The notes under the pieces are model-generated. The model saw nothing but the letters and a program-made list of their open reading frames with translations. It ran no database searches and was not told the DNA's origin. From the NCBI GenBank assembly GCA_905197665.1, contig CAJJZP010000004.1:48491-112490 (forward strand): a stretch of DNA of 64,000 nucleotides, written 5' to 3'. Of this stretch, positions 10,321 to 20,114 are shown one piece after another (the stretch's first letter is position 1; the number at the start of each line of letters is the position of its first letter). The stretch comes from an uncultured Collinsella sp. Its GTDB lineage: Bacteria; Actinomycetota; Coriobacteriia; Coriobacteriales; Coriobacteriaceae. The position numbers were made by a program, and so were the translations under genes.

Positions 10321-11142
10321 ATGCTCAACGACCTCTACCATATGCTTGATCCCGTCGCGATCTCGGCGGGCCCCATCACCATCTACTGGTACGGCCTGGC
10401 CTATGTGGTCGGCGCCCTGCTTACGGCAGTCGTTATGTATCGCACGCAGTGCCGCTGGGGCTTCGACATTACGATTGATGACCTGACGAGCGTCGTGGTC
10501 GGCGTGGTCTTTGGCCTCATCATTGGCGCCCGCCTGTTCTACGTCATCTTTTACGGCGATGGCTACTACTGGACGCATCCGCTCGAGATCTTTGCCACCA
10601 ACGAGGGCGGCATGAGCTTCCACGGCGGCCTGGTCGGCGGCATCTTGGGCGGCATCATCGTGTGCCGCATGTATAAGCTCGACGCCTGGACCATCGCCGA
10701 CCTTGCTGTTATCGGCGCTCCGCTGGCGCTGTGTCTGGGACGCTGCGCCAACTTCGTAAACGGTGAGCTGTGGGGTAAGCCGACCGATCTGCCCTGGGGT
10801 GTGGTCTTTGGCGGCACCGCGGGCGATATGCCGCGCCATCCCTCCCAGCTCTACGAGGCGTTTCTAGAGGGCATTGTGCTCTTCTGCATCCTGCAGGTGC
10901 TCAGTCGCAAAAAGCCGCTGCTGCCCCAGGGCACGTTTATGGGCGTGTTTGTGATGGGCTACGGCATCGTCCGCTTCCTCGTCGAGTTCGTGCGCGTGCC
11001 CGATGCCCAGCTGGGCTATCTGCTGGGCGGTGTCATCACCATGGGTCAGCTGCTGAGTTTGCCGCTCGTGATTGCCGGCCTGGTGCTCATCATCTTCGCC
11101 CGACACCGCAATCGCCCCCAGCGCATCTACCTCGACGCCTAA
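10321..11142 (+). CDS. lgt: Prolipoprotein diacylglyceryl transferase
   Basis: WYG, GARL.YV, GGMSFHGG, GR.ANFVNGELWG and HPSQLYE motifs. Confidence 0.96.
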   Translation: MLNDLYHMLDPVAISAGPITIYWYGLAYVVGALLTAVVMYRTQCRWGFDITIDDLTSVVVGVVFGLIIGARLFYVIFYGDGYYWTHPLEIFATNEGGMSFHGGLVGGILGGIIVCRMYKLDAWTIADLAVIGAPLALCLGRCANFVNGELWGKPTDLPWGVVFGGTAGDMPRHPSQLYEAFLEGIVLFCILQVLSRKKPLLPQGTFMGVFVMGYGIVRFLVEFVRVPDAQLGYLLGGVITMGQLLSLPLVIAGLVLIIFARHRNRPQRIYLDA

Positions 11143-11143
11143 C

Positions 11144-11186
11144 CAAGACCACCACAAAGGGGACAGGCACTTTTGTGGTGGTCTTG
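11144..11186. repeat. REP-like GGGACAGG-loop hairpin
   Basis: caagaccaccacaaa-ggggacaggcact-tttgtggtggtcttg. Confidence 0.75.
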
Positions 11187-11222
11187 CCGAGTTTGATAGG
11201 TTTCTAGAAAGGCTTTCGGACT

Positions 11223-13406
11223 GTGAAGGATTCCGACCTCTCCACAACGGCTGCGCGCGACGCTGCCCGCATCGTCTGGTTTAAGCGCTACCCCGCCAAG
11301 CAGACGCTCATCGCATTTCTGCTCGCGCTGTTGGCGACCACGGCGTTTTCCATCGATCCCGCCCCGGTGTCGAGCAACGCAGTCTTGGCGATTGACCCCA
11401 AAGCCTCGGGCATGCTGTACGTGTGCTACGAGGTGCTCCTCTCGTTTGCCGGCCATACCGACGCGGTCATGCTGCTTGCGCTTGCCTGCCTGCTCACGCT
11501 GCCGTTTCGCTACGTATTCTTTGGCCGCGGCGATGCTTGGCGTCCTTCGGTGATCCTTCCGTCGCTGTTCTTTGCCGTCTGCATGGTGTTTGGCCGCAGC
11601 TACGACCTCACCGATTCTGCCGAGATTGTGCTCGGCGACAAGGCCCGCATCATCTGCGCCTGGATAGGCGGTGCGGGCTGGATGCTCTTGGCGGTCGTTG
11701 CCTTCTACCTTGCCTTTGAGTGTCTAGATTGGCTGAGCTCTCGGCGCATTCCGTTTTCCGAAGCGCACTTTGGCCGCGTATGGCGTGTGGCTCACGCCGT
11801 GCTCTCGGTCCATCCCTTTGCCGGGCCCTTTCTGGTGCTTATGATTGCCTGGGCGCCCACGCTCATCGCTTCGCTGCCCGGCCTTTTTATGGGGGATACG
11901 GGTGCGCAGATTCGCCAGTGGTTCAATTACCCCAACGGCACGAGTGACTACCTGCGTCTGCTCAATCCCAATGTGTTGCTCAACGGACATCACCCCGTGG
12001 TGCACACGGCTATCATCGGTTCGTGCGTCCAGCTGGGGCTTTCACTATTCAACAGCGCCAACGCAGGTCTTGCCATCTACACCTGCGCTCAGTTCGTCAT
12101 TACGGCCGCCTGCATGGCCTATTCCATCTCGTCGCTGCGCAAACTGGGCGTGAGCCTGCCGGTCCGCGGCGTGATTTTGCTGTTCTTTGTGTTTATGCCC
12201 ATGTTCTCCAACTACGCGGCCCTGCTTACCAAAGATGTGCTGTTTGCCGACGCGTTTTTGGTGCTGTTGGTGCAGACCGTGAAGCTCGTGGCCTGCGGCC
12301 TGCCCCGTCGCGATGCCAATGCCGAGCGTGCGGGCGAGAAGGCCCCCGTGCTCTTTGCGCGCCATGACTGGCTGTTGTTTGCGCTTGCTGCCATGGGTTC
12401 CACGTTTTTGCGCAATGGAGGCCTGGTGTTTCCGCTGGCGGCGTGTATGATCGCGGCGGCGTTTTGCGCATGGGATGTACATGTCGCTCGTCGTGCGGCT
12501 AAGCAGACGGGCACCGCGGTCTCATGCGTCACGCCGCGATTCCGCTGGGTTGGCGTCCTCGCGGTGCTCGCGCTCTGCCTTGCCTCTAATATGTACTTCA
12601 CCAAGGTCTTTATGCCGGCGCACGACATCACGCCCGGCTCCAAGCGCGAAATTCTCTCGATTCCGTTCCAGCAGACGGCTCGTTTCGTTCAAAAGCACGA
12701 TGGCCTCAACTCGGGTGTCAACCCCACGGTAAAGGAGGACGGCACCATCGTGGAGGCGCCCTGCGACGGTTTGGTGACCGACGAGGAGCGCGTCGTGATC
12801 GATCGCGTGCTCAAGTACGAGAACCTGGGCCGCCGCTACAACCCTGACAAGTCCGATGCCGTCAAGAACTGCTTTAACGAGTACGCCTCGCAGGAGGACA
12901 TCAAGGCCTATTTTGAGGTCTGGGCGCAGATGTTCAAAAAGGATCCCGAGTGCTATATCTCGGCGCTCATCAATAACTATTACGGCTACTTTTATCCGAG
13001 TGCCCGCGATGCCTGGGTCTACAGCACGGCGCGTAGTGCCGAGATCATGGCGCGTCCCGACAACCTCAAGTACTTCGACTTCCATCCGGTTGACAGCAAC
13101 GTGGTGCGCTGGTGTGACCACCTGATCAATCTGTACCGTGTGGCGGTGCAGCGCATCCCGTTTATTTCGCTCACCATGAGCTCGGCCACCTATGTGTGGA
13201 TCATGATTGCCGTGGTGGTCTACCTGCTGCGACGTCATTCATGGCGTGCGCTGGCGATCTGGGTGCCGCTGTTGGGCGTGCTCGCCGTGTGCCTGATTGG
13301 TCCGTGCAACGGCTCGACCTACATGCGCTACCTGTATCCGGTCATCGCCTGCATGCCCTTCGCCATCGGCGCCACCGTCACCCGCAGCGACTTCCTCTGG
13401 TCCTAA
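11223..13406 (+). CDS. DUF6020-like polytopic membrane protein
   Basis: 727 aa, many TM helices; PG...GD...Q, HHPVVHT, KD, SIPFQQTAR and MRYLYP motifs. Confidence 0.7.
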   Translation: MKDSDLSTTAARDAARIVWFKRYPAKQTLIAFLLALLATTAFSIDPAPVSSNAVLAIDPKASGMLYVCYEVLLSFAGHTDAVMLLALACLLTLPFRYVFFGRGDAWRPSVILPSLFFAVCMVFGRSYDLTDSAEIVLGDKARIICAWIGGAGWMLLAVVAFYLAFECLDWLSSRRIPFSEAHFGRVWRVAHAVLSVHPFAGPFLVLMIAWAPTLIASLPGLFMGDTGAQIRQWFNYPNGTSDYLRLLNPNVLLNGHHPVVHTAIIGSCVQLGLSLFNSANAGLAIYTCAQFVITAACMAYSISSLRKLGVSLPVRGVILLFFVFMPMFSNYAALLTKDVLFADAFLVLLVQTVKLVACGLPRRDANAERAGEKAPVLFARHDWLLFALAAMGSTFLRNGGLVFPLAACMIAAAFCAWDVHVARRAAKQTGTAVSCVTPRFRWVGVLAVLALCLASNMYFTKVFMPAHDITPGSKREILSIPFQQTARFVQKHDGLNSGVNPTVKEDGTIVEAPCDGLVTDEERVVIDRVLKYENLGRRYNPDKSDAVKNCFNEYASQEDIKAYFEVWAQMFKKDPECYISALINNYYGYFYPSARDAWVYSTARSAEIMARPDNLKYFDFHPVDSNVVRWCDHLINLYRVAVQRIPFISLTMSSATYVWIMIAVVVYLLRRHSWRALAIWVPLLGVLAVCLIGPCNGSTYMRYLYPVIACMPFAIGATVTRSDFLWS

Positions 13407-13570
13407 CTTGGTGCATTGGGGTCAGGTTTCTTTGCACCAAAGGGGACATCATCACGACGCCTTCATTTTGGGGTTTATCTCGCAGGCTAGTAGGTATATC
13501 ATAACGACGTTTGTTTATATTGCCCGAGCATCTGCGCTGGGCTTTAGGTCGAAACCGATAGGAGACACGT

Positions 13571-14377
13571 ATGTCCGGACACTCTAAGTGGGCCACAACC
13601 AAGCATCGTAAGGGCGCGCAGGACGCCAAGCGTTCCGCCCTCTTCTCCAAGCTCAGCCGCAACATCACTGTTGCTGCCCGTCTCGGCGGTGACCCGCTGC
13701 CCGAGAACAACGCCAGCCTCGCCGCTGCCGTTGCCAAGGCCAAGGCTCAGTCCATGCCTAAGGACAAGATCAAGTCCGCTATCGACAAGGCTTTTGGTTC
13801 GGGTGCTGACGCCGCCGTCTACGAGAACATCGTGTACGAGGGCTACGGTCCCGCCGGTGTCGCCGTCTACGTCGACTGCCTGACCGACAACCGCAACCGT
13901 ACCGCCGCTGATGTCCGTTCCGCCTTCTCCCACGCTGGTGGCAACCTGGGCACCTCCGGCTCCGTCGCCTTCCAGTTTGAGCGCAAGGGCCAGATCGTCG
14001 TCGCCAAGGAGATCCTGGATGAGAACGCCAAGAAGGAGACCATGATCGCCAATGGTGCTGCCGGTGACGAGGATGAGTTCATGATGGCTATCGCCGAGGC
14101 CGGTGGCGAGGACTACGAGGATGCCGGCGAGGAGTGGATCGTCTGGACTGCTGCCAACGAGGTCATGGCTGTCTCCAAGGCGCTCGAGGAGCAGGGTGTC
14201 CAGGTCAAGGGCTCCGAGACCACCATGGTCCCGACCACCCCGACCGAGGTTTCCGGCGCCGACGCCAAGAAGGTCCAGCGCCTCATCGACCGTCTTGAGG
14301 AGCTCGACGACGTCCAGGACGTCTACAGCACCATGGACATGACCGACGAGGTCATCGCTGCCCTCGAGGAGGAGTAG
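13571..14377 (+). CDS. yebC: YebC/PmpR-family protein
   Basis: MSGHSKW, YEGYGPAGVA, TDNRNRT and DDVQDVY motifs. Confidence 0.95.
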   Translation: MSGHSKWATTKHRKGAQDAKRSALFSKLSRNITVAARLGGDPLPENNASLAAAVAKAKAQSMPKDKIKSAIDKAFGSGADAAVYENIVYEGYGPAGVAVYVDCLTDNRNRTAADVRSAFSHAGGNLGTSGSVAFQFERKGQIVVAKEILDENAKKETMIANGAAGDEDEFMMAIAEAGGEDYEDAGEEWIVWTAANEVMAVSKALEEQGVQVKGSETTMVPTTPTEVSGADAKKVQRLIDRLEELDDVQDVYSTMDMTDEVIAALEEE

Positions 14378-14446
14378 CGCCCGCGCGGGTTAAGCCGCGC
14401 ATATCTGGGCATAATGAAGCGAGCATGCAAGCCTCGTGGAATAGAT

Positions 14447-14490
14447 GAGCCGGATCCGCGTGCGTAGAGCACCGGACCCGGCTCTTTTAT
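14447..14490 (+). terminator. Intrinsic terminator
   Basis: gagccggatcc...ggacccggctc followed by tttt. Confidence 0.6.
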
Positions 14491-14543
14491 AATGATGCGA
14501 ATCGTTTTGCATTCTGTGGACCGAGACCCGAAAGGAGCGCCGC

Positions 14544-15089
14544 ATGCGCGTGCTCAAACGAGCCCTAGCAATCGTGTACCTTGCCGCCGCCATCGTGGCG
14601 CTGGGCACGCTTGTCTGCCAGTTCTGGGGACCGTATACGTATCGCTTTATGCTGCTGTTGCGTGACACCATGCCTCGCGTCGTCGTTACGGTGTGCGCCG
14701 CCATCGTGGCGCTTGGCGTACTGGTGAGCTTTTTCCGCCTGATGTTCGCCCGCCGCGAACCGTCCTGCGTGCACCCGGCAGGGGAGCGCAATATCGAGGT
14801 CACGCTCGCAGCGCTTTCCTCGTGCGCCCGTGCCGCGGCGGAGTGCGATGATCGCGTGATGGTTGAGCATGTCGAGGCACGCGTCCAAGGCTCCGACGAT
14901 TCGCACGTCCGTTTTAAGGTCGAGGCTATCGCGCTTGACGATAAGGACGTGGCATCTCTGGCTACCGCGATGCAGCAGCGCATCGAGAAAGCCTGCGACA
15001 CCATGCTCGGCACGCCGGGCACGACCGCGCGCGTTCGTTTTTTGCCGTCCAAGACTACCGTCCAGACCGTGGAGGTTTCCGGTGAGTGA
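14544..15089 (+). CDS. amaP: Alkaline shock response membrane anchor protein, AmaP-like
   Basis: Two N-terminal TM helices plus an Asp23-like domain; first gene of the amaP-DUF2273-asp23 arrangement. Confidence 0.7.
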   Translation: MRVLKRALAIVYLAAAIVALGTLVCQFWGPYTYRFMLLLRDTMPRVVVTVCAAIVALGVLVSFFRLMFARREPSCVHPAGERNIEVTLAALSSCARAAAECDDRVMVEHVEARVQGSDDSHVRFKVEAIALDDKDVASLATAMQQRIEKACDTMLGTPGTTARVRFLPSKTTVQTVEVSGE

Positions 15090-15459
15090 TACCAACCAAG
15101 ACAAGACCGCCCGCACGCCGCGTCTGACGATCGATCAGAACGCTACGCCGGCAGGCGAGTCCGCCGACACCAAGCCCGAGGCCGGCGAGCAGCACGACAG
15201 TGCCGCCAACGACTTTGACGAGGCCATGGGTCTCATCAAAGGTACGGGCGCTGCTATCTGGAGCTATGCCGTGCGCCACCCCAACACTACGCTCGGCGCC
15301 GTGGCAGGCTTTATCCTCGCCGTGCTGGTACTTACGTTGGGCCTGTGGGACACGCTTGTCATCGCATTCTTTGTGCTGATCGGCGCCGTGATCGGCCAGA
15401 TTCGCGACGGCGAGAACGGTATCGTCAACTTCTTCGGTCGTCTGTTTAGCGGCCGCTGA
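15082..15459 (+). CDS. DUF2273 small membrane protein
   Basis: GTG start after GGAGG overlaps the previous gene; G...GFILAVLVLTLGLW.TL....FVLIG..IG...DG pattern. Confidence 0.75.
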   Translation: MSDTNQDKTARTPRLTIDQNATPAGESADTKPEAGEQHDSAANDFDEAMGLIKGTGAAIWSYAVRHPNTTLGAVAGFILAVLVLTLGLWDTLVIAFFVLIGAVIGQIRDGENGIVNFFGRLFSGR

Positions 15460-15503
15460 TACGTATTCGACTGTTGCATCCGCGGCAGGCATAAGGAGGA
15501 ACC

Positions 15504-16028
15504 ATGGCTTTTAACACGAAGGTCGATGTGGCCGATACCGAGCTCGAGGCGAATGAGGCCGTCGTCGATGCCGGGGACGTGACGCTCGAGGACGAGGCGC
15601 TCGTCGAGGCCGAGTCCGATGCGGACGAGGACAACGAGGAGATGGACGAGGAGGCGGACGAGTCCGAGGACTCGCTGACCTATTCCAACGGCGTGATCGA
15701 GAAGATCGTCGCCATGGCCACCCGCGAGGTGCCGCACGTTCTGGGCATGAAGGGCAACCTCATGCACTTTGTGCAGGAGCAGTTTGGTGCCGAGAACCTG
15801 ACCAAGGGCGTGACGGTCGAGGTCACCGACGACAACCGCGTGGTCGTCAACATCTCGGTCATCATCGAGTACGGCGCCTATGCGCCTGCGATCTTTGACG
15901 ACGTTAAGGCGCGTGTCACCGAGCGTCTGGCCGCGATGACCGGCCTTGAGGTGGCGGGCGTCAACCTGCGCATCGAGGATGTCATCACCCCCGAGGAGTA
16001 CGAGCACCGCACCAGCCAGCACGAGTAA
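15504..16028 (+). CDS. asp23: Asp23/Gls24-family envelope stress protein
   Basis: VIEKIVAMATREV, KGV.VEV, EYG and MTGLEV..VN..IED motifs; acidic N-terminus. Confidence 0.88.
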   Translation: MAFNTKVDVADTELEANEAVVDAGDVTLEDEALVEAESDADEDNEEMDEEADESEDSLTYSNGVIEKIVAMATREVPHVLGMKGNLMHFVQEQFGAENLTKGVTVEVTDDNRVVVNISVIIEYGAYAPAIFDDVKARVTERLAAMTGLEVAGVNLRIEDVITPEEYEHRTSQHE

Positions 16029-16083
16029 CCTACCAAAAAGGGACAGGTTTGTTTTGGCAGGTTTTATCTGCGTAAACGTCAAA
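16026..16083. repeat. REP-like element, near-identical to 46299-46356
   Basis: taacctaccaaaaagggacaggtttgttttggcaggttttatctgcgtaaacgtcaaa. Confidence 0.85.
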
Positions 16084-16121
16084 CGGCCGGTCGCGCATGC
16101 AAAAGCGCGGCCGGCCGTTTT
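16081..16121 (+). terminator. Intrinsic terminator
   Basis: aaacggccggtcgcgc...gcgcggccggccgtttt. Confidence 0.7.
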
Positions 16122-16235
16122 CTATATGCCCTCGATGCGGTCATACCGCTCGTCTAACTAAGGGTTGCAATCTTCGCGTTCCGCGTTACCCTAATGGGCG
16201 CATTGTTTCCAAATTGTTAACGAGGGGTTGCCGTA

Positions 16236-17258
16236 ATGGCCGACGAACACGAGACCGAAAGCAAGGCATGGGCGATTGAAGCCGCTGCGGCAGAGGCGGC
16301 GTCGCGTGCCGCCGAGGAGGTACATCGTCCTCCGGTGGTGCCGATGGAGCGCGTTGTCGGTCGCGAGGATATCGAACGTGGCGAGCGCGCCGGCCGCAAG
16401 CGCAGCCAGGAGCCAGGCTTTCCGCGCTTTTTTGCCGAGCTCAATCTGGGCCTGATTCTCACGGCGTTCGCCATCGTGGCCTTTAAAACCCCCAATCACT
16501 TTGCCTTCGGCGGCACCTCGGGCGTGTCGGTCATTCTTTCCACGCTGTTCCCGACCCTGCCCGTCGGCGTCTTTATGTGGATTATCAACGCGGTCCTGGT
16601 CGTTCTGGGCTTTATCTTTTTGGAGCGCAAGGCGATTCTGTGGAGCGTCTTCGCTTCGTTTGCGCTTTCGGCCTACGTCTCGCTGTTTGAGCTCTTCATT
16701 CCGACGGATGTTTCGATGACGGGTGATATGTGGCTCGACCTGTGCTTTGCCGTCATCTTGCCGGCGCTCGGCAGCGCTATTGTCTTTGATATCGGCGCCT
16801 CGACGGGTGGCACGGACATTCTTGCCATGATCCTCAAACGCCGCACCACGCTCGAGATTGGCCGCGCGCTGCTGCTGGTCGATATCGGCATCGTAACCAT
16901 CGCGGCTTTCCTGTATGGCCCGCGCGTTGGCCTGTACTGCGTGCTTGGCCTGTTTGCCAAGACGCTCGTGGTCGATAAGGCTATCGAGAGCATTCACCTT
17001 CGTAAGGTCTGCACGATCATTTGCGCCGAACCGCGAAAAGTCGAGGAGTTTATTGTCAAGCATCTCAACCGCACGGCAACGATCAGCCGTGGCTACGGCG
17101 CCTTCTCGGGCAAGTGCGTCACGGTGATTATGAGCGTGCTGAGCCGTCGCGAGGCAGTGCAGCTGCGCCGCTATACCCGCGAGATTGACCCTGGCGCCTT
17201 CATCACCATCGTCGATAGCTCCGAGATCGTGGGCAAGGGCTTCCGCGGCACGAACTAG
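16236..17258 (+). CDS. YitT-family membrane protein (DUF161/DUF2179)
   Basis: GGTSG, ASTGGTDILA and IDPGAFI...EIVGKGF motifs. Confidence 0.9.
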   Translation: MADEHETESKAWAIEAAAAEAASRAAEEVHRPPVVPMERVVGREDIERGERAGRKRSQEPGFPRFFAELNLGLILTAFAIVAFKTPNHFAFGGTSGVSVILSTLFPTLPVGVFMWIINAVLVVLGFIFLERKAILWSVFASFALSAYVSLFELFIPTDVSMTGDMWLDLCFAVILPALGSAIVFDIGASTGGTDILAMILKRRTTLEIGRALLLVDIGIVTIAAFLYGPRVGLYCVLGLFAKTLVVDKAIESIHLRKVCTIICAEPRKVEEFIVKHLNRTATISRGYGAFSGKCVTVIMSVLSRREAVQLRRYTREIDPGAFITIVDSSEIVGKGFRGTN

Positions 17259-17408
17259 CGCGGACGCACCCTTCGAATCATTGAATAAAGCCGCCTACGT
17301 TGCAAATCGGCCATCTTGGAGTATTTGTCCCCACATTGGGCGATAATGTTGCCAAAGACATCGTTTGCGATCCAGGTGATTCGCTCTAGATACGAAGGGA
17401 TGATTTCG

Positions 17409-18770
17409 ATGTTCTGTTCGCAGTGTGGCGCCCCCATGGGCGATAACGACAAGTTCTGTGGCGCGTGTGGCGCTCCTAATACCGGTGCTGCAACCTCTGC
17501 TCCTCAGGGGCAGTCTCAGCCTCAGCAGTTTGTTCCTCAGCCTAACGTGAACGTGCCCAAGGGCTGTGTAGCTCAGGCGTTTGAAGACATGACCAAGACG
17601 CCGGGCGTGCTGCAGCGCGTGTGCCAGATTGCCTTTTTGCCGGCGCTCATCTGTGTCGTGTCGGTGCTCGTGCTCTTCATTCCCGTTATCGGCGGTATCG
17701 CGGCTGCCTTCGGCTTTTTGGCTGCCTGTGTGGCAAGCGCGTGCGGTTCTGGCTTTGGCATCGAATGGGGTCGCGACCTGTCGCTCAAGGTCGATGACGG
17801 CATGGATCGTCCGTTGATGCGTTCCACGTCGTTTGGCCTTGGCGTCTTTTCGGGCGTTATTTCGAGCGTGCTCAAGGTTATCGCGGCTATTCCCGTTATT
17901 GGTGTAGCGCTTTCGCTGGTGGAGAGCGTGGTAATTGGTGCCGCGGGTGCGTACTCTTATTACGGCTCCTATGCGCTTGAGGCCGCTCTATTTGGCTCGC
18001 TGGGCCTGTTTGTTCTGGCTATGATTGCCACGGCGGTCCTGGGTGTCTTCTTTACTATGTTCGCCGACATCGCCGTGATGCACTTTGCGGTGACCGGTCG
18101 CGTCGAGAGCGCGTTTTCGCTCGATAAGGTCTGGGCGGCCTTTAAGAACAATAAGACCAAGCTGTTCTGCGCATCGTTCCTTCCCGAGTTTTTGACGGGT
18201 CTGGTCGCCAACGTTATCACATGGATCCTGACGCTCGTCTTTGGCACCATTGCCTCTGTCGGTATGTATAGCTACTACTACCGTCCTACGGCTATTGAGG
18301 CGCTTGTTACCGGCGGTGGCATTACGCTCGTATTGTTCTTGGTGCTGACGGCGTTTGTCACGGTATTCCTTACGGTCTTTGGCAACATGCTCAAGCATCG
18401 TGCCGTTGGCTATTGGGTGGCGCGCTACGCAAGCGAGTGGGCCGACGAGGACAAGGACGACGTCCTGACCTTTGTGCTGCCGTTTGAGAAGAAGTCTGCT
18501 CCTTCGGGTTACAGCGCTCCGGATGCTTCGCCGGCACCTGCGCCCGAGCCCGAGCCCGCGCCCGAGTCTGTGCCTGAGCCTGCACCCGAGCCGGCGCCTG
18601 TGCCTGAGCCGGCACCCGCACCTGCGCCTGCAACGTCGCCCGCGCCGAGTTCTGCTCCCGAGCAGGAGTGCCCGCCTGTTGGCGAACCTGCTGAGCAGAC
18701 TGCGCCGGCGTTGGGCGATAAGGGCGATCAGGCAGCGACCGATCAGCCCGAAGAAGACCAGGCCGAATAG
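17409..18770 (+). CDS. Zinc-ribbon membrane protein with Pro/Glu/Ala-rich C-terminal tail
   Basis: MFCSQCG..MGDNDKFCGACG; several TM helices; PAPEPEPAPE repeats. Confidence 0.75.
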   Translation: MFCSQCGAPMGDNDKFCGACGAPNTGAATSAPQGQSQPQQFVPQPNVNVPKGCVAQAFEDMTKTPGVLQRVCQIAFLPALICVVSVLVLFIPVIGGIAAAFGFLAACVASACGSGFGIEWGRDLSLKVDDGMDRPLMRSTSFGLGVFSGVISSVLKVIAAIPVIGVALSLVESVVIGAAGAYSYYGSYALEAALFGSLGLFVLAMIATAVLGVFFTMFADIAVMHFAVTGRVESAFSLDKVWAAFKNNKTKLFCASFLPEFLTGLVANVITWILTLVFGTIASVGMYSYYYRPTAIEALVTGGGITLVLFLVLTAFVTVFLTVFGNMLKHRAVGYWVARYASEWADEDKDDVLTFVLPFEKKSAPSGYSAPDASPAPAPEPEPAPESVPEPAPEPAPVPEPAPAPAPATSPAPSSAPEQECPPVGEPAEQTAPALGDKGDQAATDQPEEDQAE

Positions 18771-18939
18771 CTTGAGGGGGGCTGCGGTCCAGAGTGCCTA
18801 AGGCCATGGTCCGTTTTAGCCGATGCCGCCGGGTTGGTTGCCTTCATTTTGGTAATCGACCCGGCGTGATTGAAGGTATCCCGTTGGGATGCGGCATGTG
18901 AGACCAAAGACGCATGTCGTCTTATGGGAAGGAGGATCT

Positions 18940-19521
18940 ATGTTTTGCGAAAATTGCGGAGCACCCGTTTTGGATGATGCAAAGTTTTGTCCTGCTTGCG
19001 GCGAGCCCGTCAACGCTACGTCGGCTGCCGCGTCTGAGCCTCAGCCGGTACAGATTCAGCCCGCCCCGGCACCTCAGCCTGCGCCTCAGGGCGCACCCAC
19101 ACCGCCACCCATGCCCGGTGCGGTTGAGCTCGATCGTAACTTTGGCATGATACTGCTGCTCGCTATTGTCACGTGCGGCATCTACGGCATCTATGCGTAC
19201 TACAAAATATCTGAGGATGTCGCAACTATGTGCTCGGGCGACGGGGACGATATGCCCAACTACCTGATTGCAATCCTGCTGTCGTTCATTACCTGCGGCA
19301 TCTATGGCCTGTGGTGGACATACCGTTTCGGCAATCGCATCCAGGCCAACGGTCCTCGCTATGGTCTTACCATTGCCGAGAGCGGCACGACGCTTCTGTT
19401 GTGGCAGCTGATCGGCGCCTTGCTGTGCGGCATCGGACCGATTATTGGTTTCTATCTGATCGTCAAGAACGTCAACGCGATGGCGGCTGCCTACACTGCG
19501 CAGTTTACGGCACGTGCGTAG
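18940..19521 (+). CDS. Zinc-ribbon + DUF4234-like membrane protein
   Basis: MFCENCG...KFCPACG; two LL..(V/I)TCGIYG repeats; GGAGG RBS. Confidence 0.8.
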   Translation: MFCENCGAPVLDDAKFCPACGEPVNATSAAASEPQPVQIQPAPAPQPAPQGAPTPPPMPGAVELDRNFGMILLLAIVTCGIYGIYAYYKISEDVATMCSGDGDDMPNYLIAILLSFITCGIYGLWWTYRFGNRIQANGPRYGLTIAESGTTLLLWQLIGALLCGIGPIIGFYLIVKNVNAMAAAYTAQFTARA

Positions 19522-20008
19522 CAACTCGGATTCACAAGCACGGTCCAAGACAAGGGGCGCGGCGGGGCTATTCCGCCGCGCCCTTTTGTTCGCCGCTATC
19601 TTGGCGCTGTCGTGCCTTGTGCTGTATGTGACGGGCATCGGCTGCCCGTTTAGGGCGCTTACGGGCATTCCGTGCCCGGGCTGCGGCATGACGCGCGCGT
19701 GGCTCGCGGCGTTTGGGCTCGATTGGCGTGCCGCGCTTGCGTATCATCCGCTGTTTTGGATGGTTCCCCCTATGTTTGCGCTGGCGTGCGCCAGGGACTA
19801 TGTCACAACTTCGCGCACCCGAAAGACAATCGATGCGGCGCTGGTCGCAATATGCTTGCTGCTGGTTGCGGTGTGGGCAATCCGCCTGGTCAACCCCGCA
19901 GACGCCGGCCTGCTTTTTGGGGGCCATGTTCCTGTGGGGGTTCCTGCCGATATCATTTATCTCGAGCAGCCACGCTGGCTCATCATCCTTCGCTCTTACC
20001 TGTCGTGA
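19514..20008 (+). CDS. DUF2752-family membrane protein
   Basis: GCPFRALTGIPCPGCGMTRA...YHPL motif. Confidence 0.82.
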   Translation: MRSNSDSQARSKTRGAAGLFRRALLFAAILALSCLVLYVTGIGCPFRALTGIPCPGCGMTRAWLAAFGLDWRAALAYHPLFWMVPPMFALACARDYVTTSRTRKTIDAALVAICLLLVAVWAIRLVNPADAGLLFGGHVPVGVPADIIYLEQPRWLIILRSYLS

Positions 20009-20040
20009 CGGAGGATACGTTGGAAAAGCGGTCGACACAT

Positions 20041-20080
20041 AAGCGGGGGCGAACGTTGAGATAACGTTCGCCCCCGCTTT
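20041..20080. terminator. Bidirectional terminator between convergent genes
   Basis: aagcgggggcgaacgtt / aacgttcgcccccgctt perfect inverted repeat. Confidence 0.8.
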
Positions 20081-20114
20081 GCTCTAGCCAGGTTGTTACG
20101 GGTGGGCGTGACGG

